Source of the DNA: Chloracidobacterium sp.
Lineage (GTDB): Bacteria; Acidobacteriota; Blastocatellia; Pyrinomonadales; Pyrinomonadaceae
NCBI GenBank assembly: GCA_043722725.1
Contig: JAYSON010000065.1
Coordinates: 1 to 47,881, forward strand
DNA length: 47,881 nucleotides
Direction of reading: 5' to 3'
The position numbers were made by a program, and so were the translations under genes. Below, one piece after another: positions 36,676 to 46,429 of the stretch (position 1 is the stretch's first letter; the number at the start of each line of letters is the position of its first letter). Under the pieces are notes generated by a model. That model saw nothing but the letters and a program-made list of their open reading frames with translations, was not told the origin of the DNA and did no database searches.

Positions 36676-36716
36676 TTTCAAGTTGGCAGTGTGAATTTAG
36701 AACTTAAAACTTGAAA
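36676..36716. repeat. Inverted repeat TTTCAAGTT / AACTTGAAA within an AT-rich word-repeat tract between the synthase gene and katE
   Basis: Arms at 36676-36684 and 36708-36716. Flanking words CAAGTTTCAG, AACTTAAAACTTGAAATTTGAAAA. Confidence 0.7.
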
Positions 36717-36752
36717 TTTGAAAATTAAAAGGCGGAACCCCAAACACAGCGT

Positions 36753-38873
36753 TTAAGCCGGAATTTTCGCTTTTTCTTCCCTACTCCAAAAGCGATGCTG
36801 CGCTATTGCGTTTATAAAATCACGCGATGCCGCGTTACCATTGCCGGTTGTGAAAATGCCTTCGCTTGCTGGGTCAACGTAGGTTTTTTTCAGGAATTCA
36901 GCGCCGTCACCGGCTACGGCGATTGCTTTACAATGTTTATAAGCCTCATTAACGAAGTGAATTGCGTCGGCCTGTGCCGTCAAACCATTTCCACCCGCAA
37001 CAAAAACCGCATCATAAACCACCGAAGTCGCCAGGAAAAATGCTTCGTCCACCTTGAGCGCATTGCCGTCGGCAGTTTTAATCATGCCGAGTTTCGGAGC
37101 AATGAGTTTCGTCGTCGCCCCGGCTTTTTCAAGAGCATTTTTCATCGCCGAAAGCACTTTACCGTCGACGCCGTCCGCCGCCAAAATTGCGATTCGTCGA
37201 GTTTTTATGGTGTCTTTAATGGTGTTCGCCATGCTTAAAGCTTCGGATTTTTCCAACGAAGATTTAACTTTTATCGGCTGAACCGACTTCGGATTAGTGT
37301 CCGCTCCGAAAGACTGATTCATTAAGACTTCAGGTTTTGGAACGGCAATGCCCAAGTTATCGGCTATGCGTTTCGCTAAGGTGTTATCAACCTGCGTAAG
37401 ATTGCCGACCATTCTCACCCGTATTGCATCGGTTTCCAGTTTGCCGAGTTCGAAGCTGAACGAATTTACGATGTGCGTTTTTTCCGCTTCGGACTGACTG
37501 TTATAGAACAGGGTAGCCTGGCTGAAATGATCGTGGAAACTCCTGCTCCTTGCACGGACTTTTTTGGCGTCAACCCGCTCCTCGTGTGAATGAAATCCGC
37601 CATCGCTCATCATCGCCTGAAACGGACATCCGCCGCCGACAGTGTTCGGTTCGTACGCCGCCTTGCCCTTATCGATCGTCATCCGCATATGAGCGTCACG
37701 TTGGTTGTTGTGCACCGGCGCCACTGAGCGGTTGATCGGAATTTCATGAAAATTCGGGCTTCCCAGACGCGAAAGCTGCGTGTCGGTGTATGAAAAAAGC
37801 CGTCCCTGCAGCAGCGGATCGTTTGTAAAATCAATGCCGGAAACGATATGTCCCGGATGAAAAGCAACCTGTTCCGTTTCAGCGAAAAAGTTGTCGGGAT
37901 TGCGGTTCAACGTCATCTTGCCTATTCTCCGCACCGGCACGAGTTCCTCTGGAATTATCTTTGTCGGATCGAGCAGGTCGAATTCATATTTATGCTCGTC
38001 TTCTTCGGGAACGATCTGTACGCCGAATTCCCATTCCGGAAACGCTCCGCTATTGATCGCCTCCGATAGATCGCGGCGGTGAAAATCCGGGTCTTTTCCC
38101 GAAATTCGCGTCGCCTCATCCCAGGCGACCGAATGAACGCCGAGCAGCGGCTTCCAATGAAACTTGACGAAACACGATTTTCCGGCTTCATTGATAAAAC
38201 GAAATGTATGAATGCCGAAACCTTCCATCATTCGCAAAGATCGCGGAATTGCTCTATCCGACATCGCCCACATCAGCATATGCGTCGATTCGGGCATAAG
38301 CGATGCAAAATCCCAAAAAGTGTCGTGAGCCGAAGCCGCCTGCGGAATCTCATTGTGCGGTTCCGGTTTGACGGCGTGGATGAGGTCGGGAAATTTGATC
38401 GCGTCCTGGATAAAGAAGACCGGAATGTTGTTGCCGACCAGATCGTAATTGCCTTCGTCGGTATAAAACTTGACGGCGAATCCGCGCACGTCACGGGCTA
38501 GATCAGTTGAGCCCTTCGAACCCGCGACCGTCGAAAATCTCACGAAAACCGGCGTTTTACGGCTCGGATCGTTTAGGAATTTCGCCTTTGTGTATTTTGC
38601 CATCGATTCGTAAACCTGAAAAACACCGTGTGCGCCGACGCCCCGTGCGTGAACAATGCGTTCGGGAATGCGTTCGTGATCGAAATGCGTGATCTTTTCG
38701 CGCAAAATAAAATCTTCCAGAAGCGTCGCTCCGCGCTCGCCCGCTTTTAATGAATTCTGATTGTCGTTGATTCGAAGCCCTTGGTTAGTAGTCAGAAATT
38801 GGTTCGTTCCATCTTCACGGTTTGATTCCAGATCTTGCAATTTCTTGTTGTCGTTGTCGTCTCGTTTAGCCAT
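36753..38873 (-). CDS. katE: Large-subunit (HPII-type, clade 2) monofunctional catalase
   Basis: Start set at ATG 38873 (AAGGGAGGG RBS), giving MAKRDDND. Motifs: [31 protein letters not shown]. The C-terminal flavodoxin/DJ-1-like extension is typical of KatE-type enzymes. Confidence 0.93.
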   Translation of the reverse strand: MAKRDDNDNKKLQDLESNREDGTNQFLTTNQGLRINDNQNSLKAGERGATLLEDFILREKITHFDHERIPERIVHARGVGAHGVFQVYESMAKYTKAKFLNDPSRKTPVFVRFSTVAGSKGSTDLARDVRGFAVKFYTDEGNYDLVGNNIPVFFIQDAIKFPDLIHAVKPEPHNEIPQAASAHDTFWDFASLMPESTHMLMWAMSDRAIPRSLRMMEGFGIHTFRFINEAGKSCFVKFHWKPLLGVHSVAWDEATRISGKDPDFHRRDLSEAINSGAFPEWEFGVQIVPEEDEHKYEFDLLDPTKIIPEELVPVRRIGKMTLNRNPDNFFAETEQVAFHPGHIVSGIDFTNDPLLQGRLFSYTDTQLSRLGSPNFHEIPINRSVAPVHNNQRDAHMRMTIDKGKAAYEPNTVGGGCPFQAMMSDGGFHSHEERVDAKKVRARSRSFHDHFSQATLFYNSQSEAEKTHIVNSFSFELGKLETDAIRVRMVGNLTQVDNTLAKRIADNLGIAVPKPEVLMNQSFGADTNPKSVQPIKVKSSLEKSEALSMANTIKDTIKTRRIAILAADGVDGKVLSAMKNALEKAGATTKLIAPKLGMIKTADGNALKVDEAFFLATSVVYDAVFVAGGNGLTAQADAIHFVNEAYKHCKAIAVAGDGAEFLKKTYVDPASEGIFTTGNGNAASRDFINAIAQHRFWSREEKAKIPA

Positions 38874-38925
38874 AACCCTCCCTTGTTTCGTCTTTAAACA
38901 AGCCGGCCGGAAGCGGCCTGCCGTT

Positions 38926-39333
38926 TCATTTTGATTTGCCCTTTGACTGGGTTCCACTCTTACCCGCTGCCTTATTTGTGGCTTTTGGCGTCGGTTCTTT
39001 ATTAGTGTCACCCGATTTTGCCGCCTTTGGTGGAGTTTTCGTCGTAGACGCCGTTTTTGATACAGCCTTTTTTACGGCCGCTCCGCTTTTGCTCGGTGTT
39101 TTCGGCGTGGCCGCCCCCGCCGGCTTGCCTGCTTTTTTGACGCTTCGCGACGCCGTCTTCTTGCCGACGGCTATCTCCGCCGCCGCTCCTACCGCTCCGA
39201 TTGCCGCCCCGGAAGCCGCTCCGGAAAGAATCTCGCCTGCTACGTCTTTAGCCTTGTCATAAATCGCGCCAAGCGTGCTCTTGCCCGTTGGTTTTTTTGA
39301 ATTAGGTTTTTCTTTCGTTTCTTTTGTTGGCAT
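38926..39333 (-). CDS. Small Lys/Ala/Pro-rich protein (histone-H1-like tail) with glycine-zipper segment, upstream of katE
   Basis: 135 aa. The start is preceded by a G8 run (SD-like). GAASGAAIGAVGAAAEIAVG segment, then a K/A/P/T-rich low-complexity tail. Same strand as katE and 52 nt upstream of it. Confidence 0.55.
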   Translation of the reverse strand: MPTKETKEKPNSKKPTGKSTLGAIYDKAKDVAGEILSGAASGAAIGAVGAAAEIAVGKKTASRSVKKAGKPAGAATPKTPSKSGAAVKKAVSKTASTTKTPPKAAKSGDTNKEPTPKATNKAAGKSGTQSKGKSK

Positions 39334-39642
39334 TGTTCCCCCCCCTTTTTGTTGAATAAAAAAGAACTATTTTCTCCACAATTGCATTCGACTCCTCCAT
39401 AACTCCTGGATGACAATTGCAATCTACTTTTATGTCTGGACAGCATTTACATTTAGCCGTCACCAACCCGTCTCAATTTTTTTACCAATCCTTACAGTAT
39501 CTAATGAGGACAATAAACACAATTAAAATCATGAGCTACAAACCGTAACCCACGAAAAAGATCGTAAGGGTTTGAAGGTTTGTAAGTATAGGCTTATGCT
39601 CGATTAAAAGATTTGAATCAAGCGTAAAGACAGATAAAAAAT

Positions 39643-40761
39643 ATGAAAGCAGTTGCCGTAATACCGATAACCGAGAATAGTGTTCATCTCGTCGAAATGA
39701 GCAAACCGAAGCTAACCGATATCAAGAACGGCCGCGGCGTGCTTGTCGAGGTTCTTCGCGTCGGAGCGTGCGGCACCGATCGTGAGATAAATAATGGCGA
39801 ATACGGCGTAGCACCGAAGGGCTTCGATTACCTTGTGCTCGGCCACGAAAATTTCGGCCGTGTCGTCGAAATCGGGGAGAATGTAAAAGACTTGTCTGTC
39901 GGTGATTACATTGTAGCTACGGTGAGGCGTCCGCGTGGTTCGAGCATTTATGACAAGATCGGCGAGCAGGATTTTACGACTGACGATAAATATTTTGAAC
40001 GCGGCATTTCGCGGCTTCATGGTTACATGGCCGAATTCTATGTTGAAGATGTAGAGTTTTTAATAAAAGTCCCGCCCGCCATCGCCGAGATCGCCGTGCT
40101 GCTCGAACCGCTTTCAATTATCGAGAAAGGTCTCAAGCAGGCCAGCGACATCCAGGAACGCCTGAAGATATGGCATCCGAAAACCGCCGCTGTGCTGGGA
40201 ACAGGTAACGTCGGCCTGCTGACAGTAATGGCCCTTCGGATGCGCGGTTACGAGGTACACAGCTTTGGCAAGCAGTCCCGCGACGGATATCTGAACGCCG
40301 AATTATGCGAAACGATCGGTGCGACTTACGACTCGACGGATGATCTGCCGCTGACCGAATCGGTAAAAAAATACGACCAGTACGATCTGATCTTCGAATG
40401 CACAGGTTATTCGCCGATAATTTTCGACGCGATGCAGTCTCTAAACGAAAACGGCATTCTTATCCTAGCGTCCGTCACCGGCGGCGAGCGGAAAACAGAT
40501 CAGGTGCCTTCGGACAAGATCAATCAAATGTTCGTGCTCGGCAACCGGGCGATGGTCGGCACCGTGAACGCAAACCGAGAGCATTTCGAAGCCGGCGTCA
40601 AGGACCTGGCCTTGTGCGAAGCAATGCACCCAGGCTGGCTCGGCCGCATGATGACACACAAGGTCTCTGGATTGGAGAACTACGAAAAAGTTTTTGAAAT
40701 ACTGAACGACTCGGCAAAATACAAAGCAATCAAGACCTATTTCCAGGTCGCGAAAATTTAG
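39643..40761 (+). CDS. Zinc-dependent medium-chain dehydrogenase, glucose 1-dehydrogenase-like
   Basis: VLRVGACGTDREINNGEYG...LVLGHENFGRVVEIG (catalytic Zn motif) and GTGNVGLL Rossmann motif. The overall pattern resembles archaeal-type glucose dehydrogenases. The substrate is an inference. Confidence 0.7.
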   Translation: MKAVAVIPITENSVHLVEMSKPKLTDIKNGRGVLVEVLRVGACGTDREINNGEYGVAPKGFDYLVLGHENFGRVVEIGENVKDLSVGDYIVATVRRPRGSSIYDKIGEQDFTTDDKYFERGISRLHGYMAEFYVEDVEFLIKVPPAIAEIAVLLEPLSIIEKGLKQASDIQERLKIWHPKTAAVLGTGNVGLLTVMALRMRGYEVHSFGKQSRDGYLNAELCETIGATYDSTDDLPLTESVKKYDQYDLIFECTGYSPIIFDAMQSLNENGILILASVTGGERKTDQVPSDKINQMFVLGNRAMVGTVNANREHFEAGVKDLALCEAMHPGWLGRMMTHKVSGLENYEKVFEILNDSAKYKAIKTYFQVAKI

Positions 40762-40833
40762 CCACAGAGTTCACAGAGGTTTTCGAGTAAAAGAATAATC
40801 TCTCTTCTCTGTGTTCTCGGTGTGCTCTGTGGC
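40761..40833. repeat. Imperfect hairpin with stuttered arms (GCCACAGAG TT CACAGAG ... CTCTGTG ... CTCTGTGGC) between the dehydrogenase gene and clpS
   Basis: The outer 9-bp arms (40761-40769 / 40825-40833) and inner 7-bp arms (40772-40778 / 40807-40813) are exact complements. The left arm abuts the stop codon. Confidence 0.8.
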
Positions 40834-40844
40834 AAAATTGCGGT

Positions 40845-41162
40845 ATGCCCGAATTTCCCGACATGGAACGCGACGGCGAAGTTTTGACCGAACGCGAAAC
40901 AAAGCTCGAAAAACCAAAGCTGTTCAAGGTGCTGCTGCACAACGACGATTTTACCACTATGGAGTTCGTCGTCTTTGTGCTCGAATATGTCTTTATGCGT
41001 ACCGCCCCGGAGGCTTTCGCGGTCATGCTGAAGGTCCACAACGAAGGCCTCGGCCTCGCCGGCGTCTATCCATACGAGATCGCGAATATGAAATCGGAAA
41101 AGGCCATGAACCTCGCAAAGGCTCGAGAGTACCCGCTGCTGTGTACGGTAGAGGAAGAATAG
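40845..41162 (+). CDS. clpS: ATP-dependent Clp protease adaptor ClpS
   Basis: 105 aa. KVLLHNDDFTTMEFVVFVL...VHNEG is the ClpS core signature. Confidence 0.93.
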   Translation: MPEFPDMERDGEVLTERETKLEKPKLFKVLLHNDDFTTMEFVVFVLEYVFMRTAPEAFAVMLKVHNEGLGLAGVYPYEIANMKSEKAMNLAKAREYPLLCTVEEE

Positions 41163-41181
41163 TCAATTTTCAACGCAAAGT

Positions 41182-41269
41182 CGCAAAGACGCGAAGCCGC
41201 TAAAAAAGGGAAAGCAAGACTAATACCGCCTTCAAATCACTAGCGTCATTGCGTCTTCGCGTCTTTGCG
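41182..41269. repeat. Perfect 15-bp inverted repeat CGCAAAGACGCGAAG / CTTCGCGTCTTTGCG with 58-nt loop, downstream of clpS
   Basis: Arms at 41182-41196 and 41255-41269. The left arm is preceded by a stuttered copy (AACGCAAAGT, 41172-41181). Confidence 0.85.
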
Positions 41270-41368
41270 TTAAATTATTTCGTTCAATAAATGTTAAGAT
41301 TTTACTTTTCAGAATAGTTGAGTGTCGGCAACAACCGACAACTGACCGCGAACACTGACGACTGATAT

Positions 41369-44233
41369 ATGACCGAACCTTTGGACCTTAAAAAAACAAT
41401 TAATTTACCCAAGACCAATTTTGCCCAGAAGGCGAATCTCGGGCAGAGCGAACCGGCGCGACTGAAAAAATGGAACGATGCAGAACTGTATAAAAAGATC
41501 GCGGAAGCACGCAATGGCCGCGACAAATTTATCCTTCATGACGGCCCGCCGTATGCGAATGCCGACATTCACATCGGCACGGCACTTAATAAGATTCTCA
41601 AGGATTTTGTCGTCAAAACGCGTTCGATGATGGGCTTCGACGCGCCTTATGTGCCTGGCTACGATTGCCACGGCCTGCCGATCGAAACTTACGTCGAGAA
41701 AAAGCTGGCCGCCAAGGGAAAGAACAAGAACGATCTGCCGGTCGCGACGTTTCGCCGCCTTTGCCGCGAGCATGCCGAGCATGCGATGGACGGCCAGACA
41801 CGCGATTTTTCGCGGCTTGGCGTTTTGGGCGAATGGGAAACGCCATATCTGACGATGTCGAACGAATACGAGGCATCGACGGCCCGGCTTTTCGGGAAGT
41901 TTCTCGAACGTGGCTACGTCTATAAAGGCCTGCGTCCGGTCTATTGGTGCATCCACGATCAGACGGCTCTTGCCGAGGCCGAGGTTGAATACAGGGAACA
42001 CACTTCGCCATCTGTTTACGTAAAATTTCCCCTTCGATCCGACCCGGTATTGATCGATCCAGCGCTCGAAGGAAAAATGGTATCGGTCGTTATCTGGACG
42101 ACAACTCCATGGACGCTGCCGGCGAATCTCGGCATTGCCGTTCACCCGGATTTCGATTATTCAGCCGTTGAAGTCGGCGAAAACGTGTATATCGTCGCCT
42201 CCGAATTGGCCGCCGCGTTTGCCGAAACCTGCGGATTTGCGGACACAAACGAGCTGGCCCGATTTAAAGGCTCGAAACTCGACCGTCTCGAAGCCCAGCA
42301 CGCATGGATCGACCGCGTTTCGCTGATAATGAACGGCGAGCACGTCACTTTTGGCGAAGCTGACGCCGAGGTTGAACTCGATGCCCGGAACGAGAACAAA
42401 TCGGCAGGAAAATCCGGCACCGGCTGCGTTCATACCGCACCCGGCCACGGTACGGACGATTTTCATATCGGCAAAGAGTACGGTCTCGAAATCTATTGTC
42501 CGGTCGACAACGCCGGCCGTTTTACGTCGGATGTCGAATTTTTCGCGGGCGAAAATATCTTTACCGCGAACCCTAAGATCGTCGAATTGCTGCAGGAGAA
42601 AGGAGCCCTGCTCCATGTCGAGAATTACAACCACCGCTACCCGCATTGCTGGCGATGTAAAAATCCGGTTATCTATCGGGCAACTCCGCAGTGGTTTATC
42701 TCGATGGACGCCGAGGCAAAAACGGGCGAGGCGATCTCACTGCGGGCAAATGCCTTGAAGCAGATCGAGGAGGTAAAATGGCATCCCGCGTGGGGCGTTG
42801 ACCGCATGCGGAACATGTTCAAGGGAAGGCCCGATTGGTGCGTTTCCCGTCAGCGTTACTGGGGAGTGCCGATCCCCGTTTTTTATTGCCAGGCGTGCGA
42901 TGAAGCGATCGCCGAACCGGCAATTGTCGATCATGTAGCCGATATTTTTGAGAAGGAAACGGCCGATGCGTGGTACAACCGCCCGGAAAGCGAACTGCTG
43001 CCCGCAGGCTTCACTTGCCCGAAATGCAACGGAGCCGATTTCCGAAAGGAGACCGATATTCTCGACGTATGGTTCGATTCCGGCTCTAGCTGTGTAGCGG
43101 TGCTTGAGAAGCGTGAAAACCTCCATTTCCCTGCCGACGTGTATCTCGAAGGCGGCGACCAATTTCGAGGCTGGTTCAATTCGTCGCTGATGTGCGGAAT
43201 GGCCGCGCATGACAAAGCCCCGTACAAGCAAGTTGTTACTTATGGCTGGGTGGTTGACGGCGATGGCAAACCGATGCATAAATCGGGCGGTAACGCCGTG
43301 TCGCCGAACGACTTCATGAAGGAAAGCGGCGCCGATGTTATGCGGCTTTGGGCCGCCGCCGCCGATACGGCAAAGGACGTGCGGTGGTCGAAAGAGATCC
43401 TTGAACGTGTTATAGATGCCTATCGTAAATTCCGCAACACCCTGCGATACGCTCTTGGAAACCTTTCGGATTTCGATCCGGCAACTGATTCCGTCAACAA
43501 ATCGGAAATGTTTGAGATCGACCGCTGGGCCCTCGCAAGCCTCGATGAAGTGACGGCGAAAGTTCTCAAAGGTTACGAAGCATACGATTTTCAGGCTGCT
43601 TATCACGCGATATATCATTTCTGTACCGTGACGCTCTCGGCGCGTTATTTTGACATTATCAAAGACAGGCTTTATATCCTGTCTCCGAAATCGGCAGCAA
43701 GACGCTCGGCGCAGACGGCCCTATATGAGATCGCCGACACGCTTTGCCGTCTGCTCGCGCCAATCCTTGTTTTTACTTCGGATGAGGCGTGGGAAAATCT
43801 GCCGGGGCAGAAGGTTCGATCGGTACATCTCGCCGAGTTCCCGAAGACCGTTGATAAACCGGATTCCGAGCTGTTGAGCGATTGGGAGCGAATATTCGCG
43901 ATTCGCGATGACGTACTCAAGGCGCTTGAAGAGGCCCGCAACGATAAGCAGGTTGGCTCGTCGCTCGAAGCAAAAGTGGTGCTGACGGCAGACAAAGGAA
44001 CCACGATGTTCCTTCTAAACTATTATAAAGACTTACGTTACATCTTTATCGTGTCTCAGGTGGAGGTCCACGAAGGTGATGCAATGACCGTACGGATCGA
44101 GAAAGCCGATGGCAAAAAATGCGAGCGGTGCTGGAATTATTCGACCCGAGTCGGCGAATTTGCGAACTATCCGACGGTTTGTGAAAGATGCAACACGGCT
44201 TTGAGCGAGATCGAAAAAGCGGCCGGAGCGTGA
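41369..44233 (+). CDS. ileS: Isoleucine--tRNA ligase
   Basis: 954 aa. HIGH region ([15 protein letters not shown]), KMSKS variant KMHKSGGN, CP1 editing domain, and C-terminal zinc-binding CxxC pairs (CERCWNY, CERCNTA). Confidence 0.96.
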   Translation: MTEPLDLKKTINLPKTNFAQKANLGQSEPARLKKWNDAELYKKIAEARNGRDKFILHDGPPYANADIHIGTALNKILKDFVVKTRSMMGFDAPYVPGYDCHGLPIETYVEKKLAAKGKNKNDLPVATFRRLCREHAEHAMDGQTRDFSRLGVLGEWETPYLTMSNEYEASTARLFGKFLERGYVYKGLRPVYWCIHDQTALAEAEVEYREHTSPSVYVKFPLRSDPVLIDPALEGKMVSVVIWTTTPWTLPANLGIAVHPDFDYSAVEVGENVYIVASELAAAFAETCGFADTNELARFKGSKLDRLEAQHAWIDRVSLIMNGEHVTFGEADAEVELDARNENKSAGKSGTGCVHTAPGHGTDDFHIGKEYGLEIYCPVDNAGRFTSDVEFFAGENIFTANPKIVELLQEKGALLHVENYNHRYPHCWRCKNPVIYRATPQWFISMDAEAKTGEAISLRANALKQIEEVKWHPAWGVDRMRNMFKGRPDWCVSRQRYWGVPIPVFYCQACDEAIAEPAIVDHVADIFEKETADAWYNRPESELLPAGFTCPKCNGADFRKETDILDVWFDSGSSCVAVLEKRENLHFPADVYLEGGDQFRGWFNSSLMCGMAAHDKAPYKQVVTYGWVVDGDGKPMHKSGGNAVSPNDFMKESGADVMRLWAAAADTAKDVRWSKEILERVIDAYRKFRNTLRYALGNLSDFDPATDSVNKSEMFEIDRWALASLDEVTAKVLKGYEAYDFQAAYHAIYHFCTVTLSARYFDIIKDRLYILSPKSAARRSAQTALYEIADTLCRLLAPILVFTSDEAWENLPGQKVRSVHLAEFPKTVDKPDSELLSDWERIFAIRDDVLKALEEARNDKQVGSSLEAKVVLTADKGTTMFLLNYYKDLRYIFIVSQVEVHEGDAMTVRIEKADGKKCERCWNYSTRVGEFANYPTVCERCNTALSEIEKAAGA

Positions 44234-44307
44234 CGACTCGAACGCATTTGACTGGACCGCAAGCATCCTTGCTTGCAAGATCGCCGAGCGATCCCCAATG
44301 GCAAACA

Positions 44308-44748
44308 ATGTATATGCTGAGAAAACTGACGATTTACTCAATTATCATGGTCGCCGCAGCGATCATTGGTTCCGCCCAATCGGTCTACACGCCCGAGAAA
44401 GGTTCACCCGAGCGAAAGGCGGTTCTTGACGCTCTGCGCATTCCGGTGGAACGGGAACTAAAGCAAAAGATCGTATTCGCGACAGACAGTTTCAAGGTAC
44501 AGGGAACCTGGGCGTTCGTCAGCGGCACGCCGCAGACGCCGGGCGGCGGCAGGCCCAATTACCGCAATACAGTTTATTGGGACGCGTTCGAATCGGATGC
44601 ATTCGACAACAATTTTTTTGCCTTGCTTCGGAAGACGGGCGGTAAATGGCGTGTTGTGAGAAAAGCTATCGGCTGTACTGATGTTTGCTACGCCGATTGG
44701 TGGCGCACGTACAAGGCGCCAAAACCAATTTTTCCCCACACCGAATAG
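44308..44748 (+). CDS. Secreted hypothetical protein
   Basis: Start moved from 44188 (which overlaps ileS) to ATG 44308, giving the signal-peptide-like MYMLRKLTIYSIIMVAAAIIGSAQS. No recognisable domain. Confidence 0.55.
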   Translation: MYMLRKLTIYSIIMVAAAIIGSAQSVYTPEKGSPERKAVLDALRIPVERELKQKIVFATDSFKVQGTWAFVSGTPQTPGGGRPNYRNTVYWDAFESDAFDNNFFALLRKTGGKWRVVRKAIGCTDVCYADWWRTYKAPKPIFPHTE

Positions 44749-44751
44749 CTT

Positions 44752-45384
44752 ATGGCCGTCGATTTCCAAACACTTCTTTCCTCGCCGTCTCTCGCCTATG
44801 CCGAGGGCCTGAAGTTCTTTCGCGGAGAAGGTATGATAAACGACGCTCTAAAACGCCTGGCCGCCGATCTTGACCGAAACGATATCGAGTACGTCGTCAT
44901 CGGTGCGGTTGCGTTGAATCAGCACGGCTACCGGCGTTTTACTGAAGACATCGACTTGCTTCTGTCAAAAAAGGGATTGGAGGACTTCCGTGCAAGGCTA
45001 GTAGGCCTCGGCTATCGTCCCGCATTTGAAGGGGCAAAAAAGAAGTTTCGGACGACGGACGAGAACATTCCTGTCGAGATAATTACGTCGGGCGAATTTC
45101 CCGGCGACGGACTGCCGAAACCAGTCGAATTTCCCGACCCCGCGGCTTTTGCAGTCGTTATCGACGGAGTGAAAACGGTTACGCTTGAAAAGCTAATAGA
45201 GCTGAAATTAACGTCAGGGATGACGGCGGGCGACCGTTTGAAAGATCTCGCCGACGTGCAGGAATTGATCAAGTTGAAGGGTTTGGATGAAGGGTTCGCC
45301 GACAAGCTAAGCGAATTTGTACGCGGCAAATACATCGAACTGCACAACGCCGTCGCGTCCGCACGGAATCTATACGATGAATAG
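44752..45384 (+). CDS. Putative nucleotidyltransferase-fold protein (uncharacterised NTase family)
   Basis: VVIGAVALNQHGYRRFTEDIDLLL resembles the G-x-x-A...D-x-D minimal nucleotidyltransferase motif. The C-terminal helical region carries RLKDLADVQELI. The family assignment is tentative. Confidence 0.4.
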   Translation: MAVDFQTLLSSPSLAYAEGLKFFRGEGMINDALKRLAADLDRNDIEYVVIGAVALNQHGYRRFTEDIDLLLSKKGLEDFRARLVGLGYRPAFEGAKKKFRTTDENIPVEIITSGEFPGDGLPKPVEFPDPAAFAVVIDGVKTVTLEKLIELKLTSGMTAGDRLKDLADVQELIKLKGLDEGFADKLSEFVRGKYIELHNAVASARNLYDE

Positions 45385-45485
45385 AAGCGTTCGAGTCAGG
45401 AATTATTAAATGCTGGAACTCGCGCGATCCGAAAAGCGTAAATTTTAGTTTGGAGTTCCTGCTTTAGCAAGCTTCTTAGTCAGCA

Positions 45486-45499
45486 TTTAGGCGCCTAAA
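45486..45499. promoter_or_regulatory. Perfect 14-bp palindrome TTTAGGCGCCTAAA, 36 nt upstream of lspA
   Basis: Read directly from the sequence. Its position is compatible with an operator or an RNA hairpin. Function unknown. Confidence 0.25.
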
Positions 45500-45534
45500 G
45501 GCAGGTCTACAAGTATGGAATCGAAAGAGAGCCA

Positions 45535-46059
45535 GTGAACAAAAAAGACATTCTTTGGAAAATAGGCTACCTTGCCATTGCCGGCGGGGTTTTTATGATC
45601 GACCAGACGAGCAAGGCCTGGGCGGTCCGCACTCTTCGTTTTGGCGGCGACGTGCCGGTAATATCCGGCTTTTTGAATTTTGCCTACGCGCAGAATACGG
45701 GCGTCGCGTTCAGCATGCTTGACGATCACGGCGATGCCGGACGCTGGGGTTTATCGATGGTTGCATTCGTTGCCGGTGCTCTCGTGCTCTATTTCTTTTG
45801 GCGAACGCCGCGTACGGACGACCGCATCTTAGGTGCTCTTGCATTGCTGCTCGCAGGCATTGCCGGTAACGTCACAGACCGAATGCGGCTTGGCTATGTC
45901 GTGGATTTTATCGATGTACAGTTCGGGAGTTGGCATTATCCGACGTTTAATGTCGCGGACATGGCAATCGTTTGCGGCGCCGGGTTGATGATAATTGATA
46001 TGTTTCTCTCTAAGAGAAGCCAGAAGTTAGAAGTAAGCAGTCAGAAGGGAGAGGGTTGA
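45535..46059 (+). CDS. lspA: Lipoprotein signal peptidase (signal peptidase II)
   Basis: GTG start. Motifs IDQTSKAW, NTGVAFSML and VVDFIDV...PTFNVADMAI. The last ~14 residues (SQKLEVSSQKGEG) are encoded by the left inverted repeat of the downstream cassette. Confidence 0.93.
   Translation: MNKKDILWKIGYLAIAGGVFMIDQTSKAWAVRTLRFGGDVPVISGFLNFAYAQNTGVAFSMLDDHGDAGRWGLSMVAFVAGALVLYFFWRTPRTDDRILGALALLLAGIAGNVTDRMRLGYVVDFIDVQFGSWHYPTFNVADMAIVCGAGLMIIDMFLSKRSQKLEVSSQKGEG
46015..46047. repeat. Left flank repeat of the four-helix-bundle cassette (AGAAGCCAGAAGTTAGAAGTAAGCAGTCAGAAG)
   Basis: Built from AGAAG-type words. Its reverse complement shares the words CTTCTGACT, CTTCTAACTTCT and CTTCTGGCTTCT with the right flank. 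Confidence 0.75.
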
Positions 46060-46060
46060 G

Positions 46061-46417
46061 ATGCCCGCTAGAAGTTTTCAAGAGGTGGCGATATGGAGGA
46101 AGGCCCATGCCTTCGTGCTTGCGGCATATCGGTTATCGGAAAATTTTCCGAAGCACGAGATGTATGGACTAACGTCACAACTTCGACGGGCCGCAGTATC
46201 AATTCCGGCGAACTTCGCGGAAGGATTCGGAAAAGCAACCAAGCCTGACAAACTTCGATTCTACAGTATCGCCCAAGGATCGTTGGAAGAATGCCGATAC
46301 TATCTTATCCTCTCAATGGATTTAAATTACGGAGACACAGGCACGTTAAAGACGATGCTCGAGGAAGTTAGCAAAATGCTAGGAAGCTACATGTACAAGA
46401 TTAGAAGCGACCGATGA
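46061..46417 (+). CDS. Four-helix-bundle protein (23S rRNA intervening-sequence protein family)
   Basis: 118 aa. FQEVAIWRKAHAFVLAAYRLSENFPKHEMYGLTSQLRRAAVSIPANFAEGFGK...SIAQGSLEECRYYLILS is the characteristic pattern of this family. Confidence 0.85.
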   Translation: MPARSFQEVAIWRKAHAFVLAAYRLSENFPKHEMYGLTSQLRRAAVSIPANFAEGFGKATKPDKLRFYSIAQGSLEECRYYLILSMDLNYGDTGTLKTMLEEVSKMLGSYMYKIRSDR

Positions 46418-46429
46418 GGTGCAAACCAA

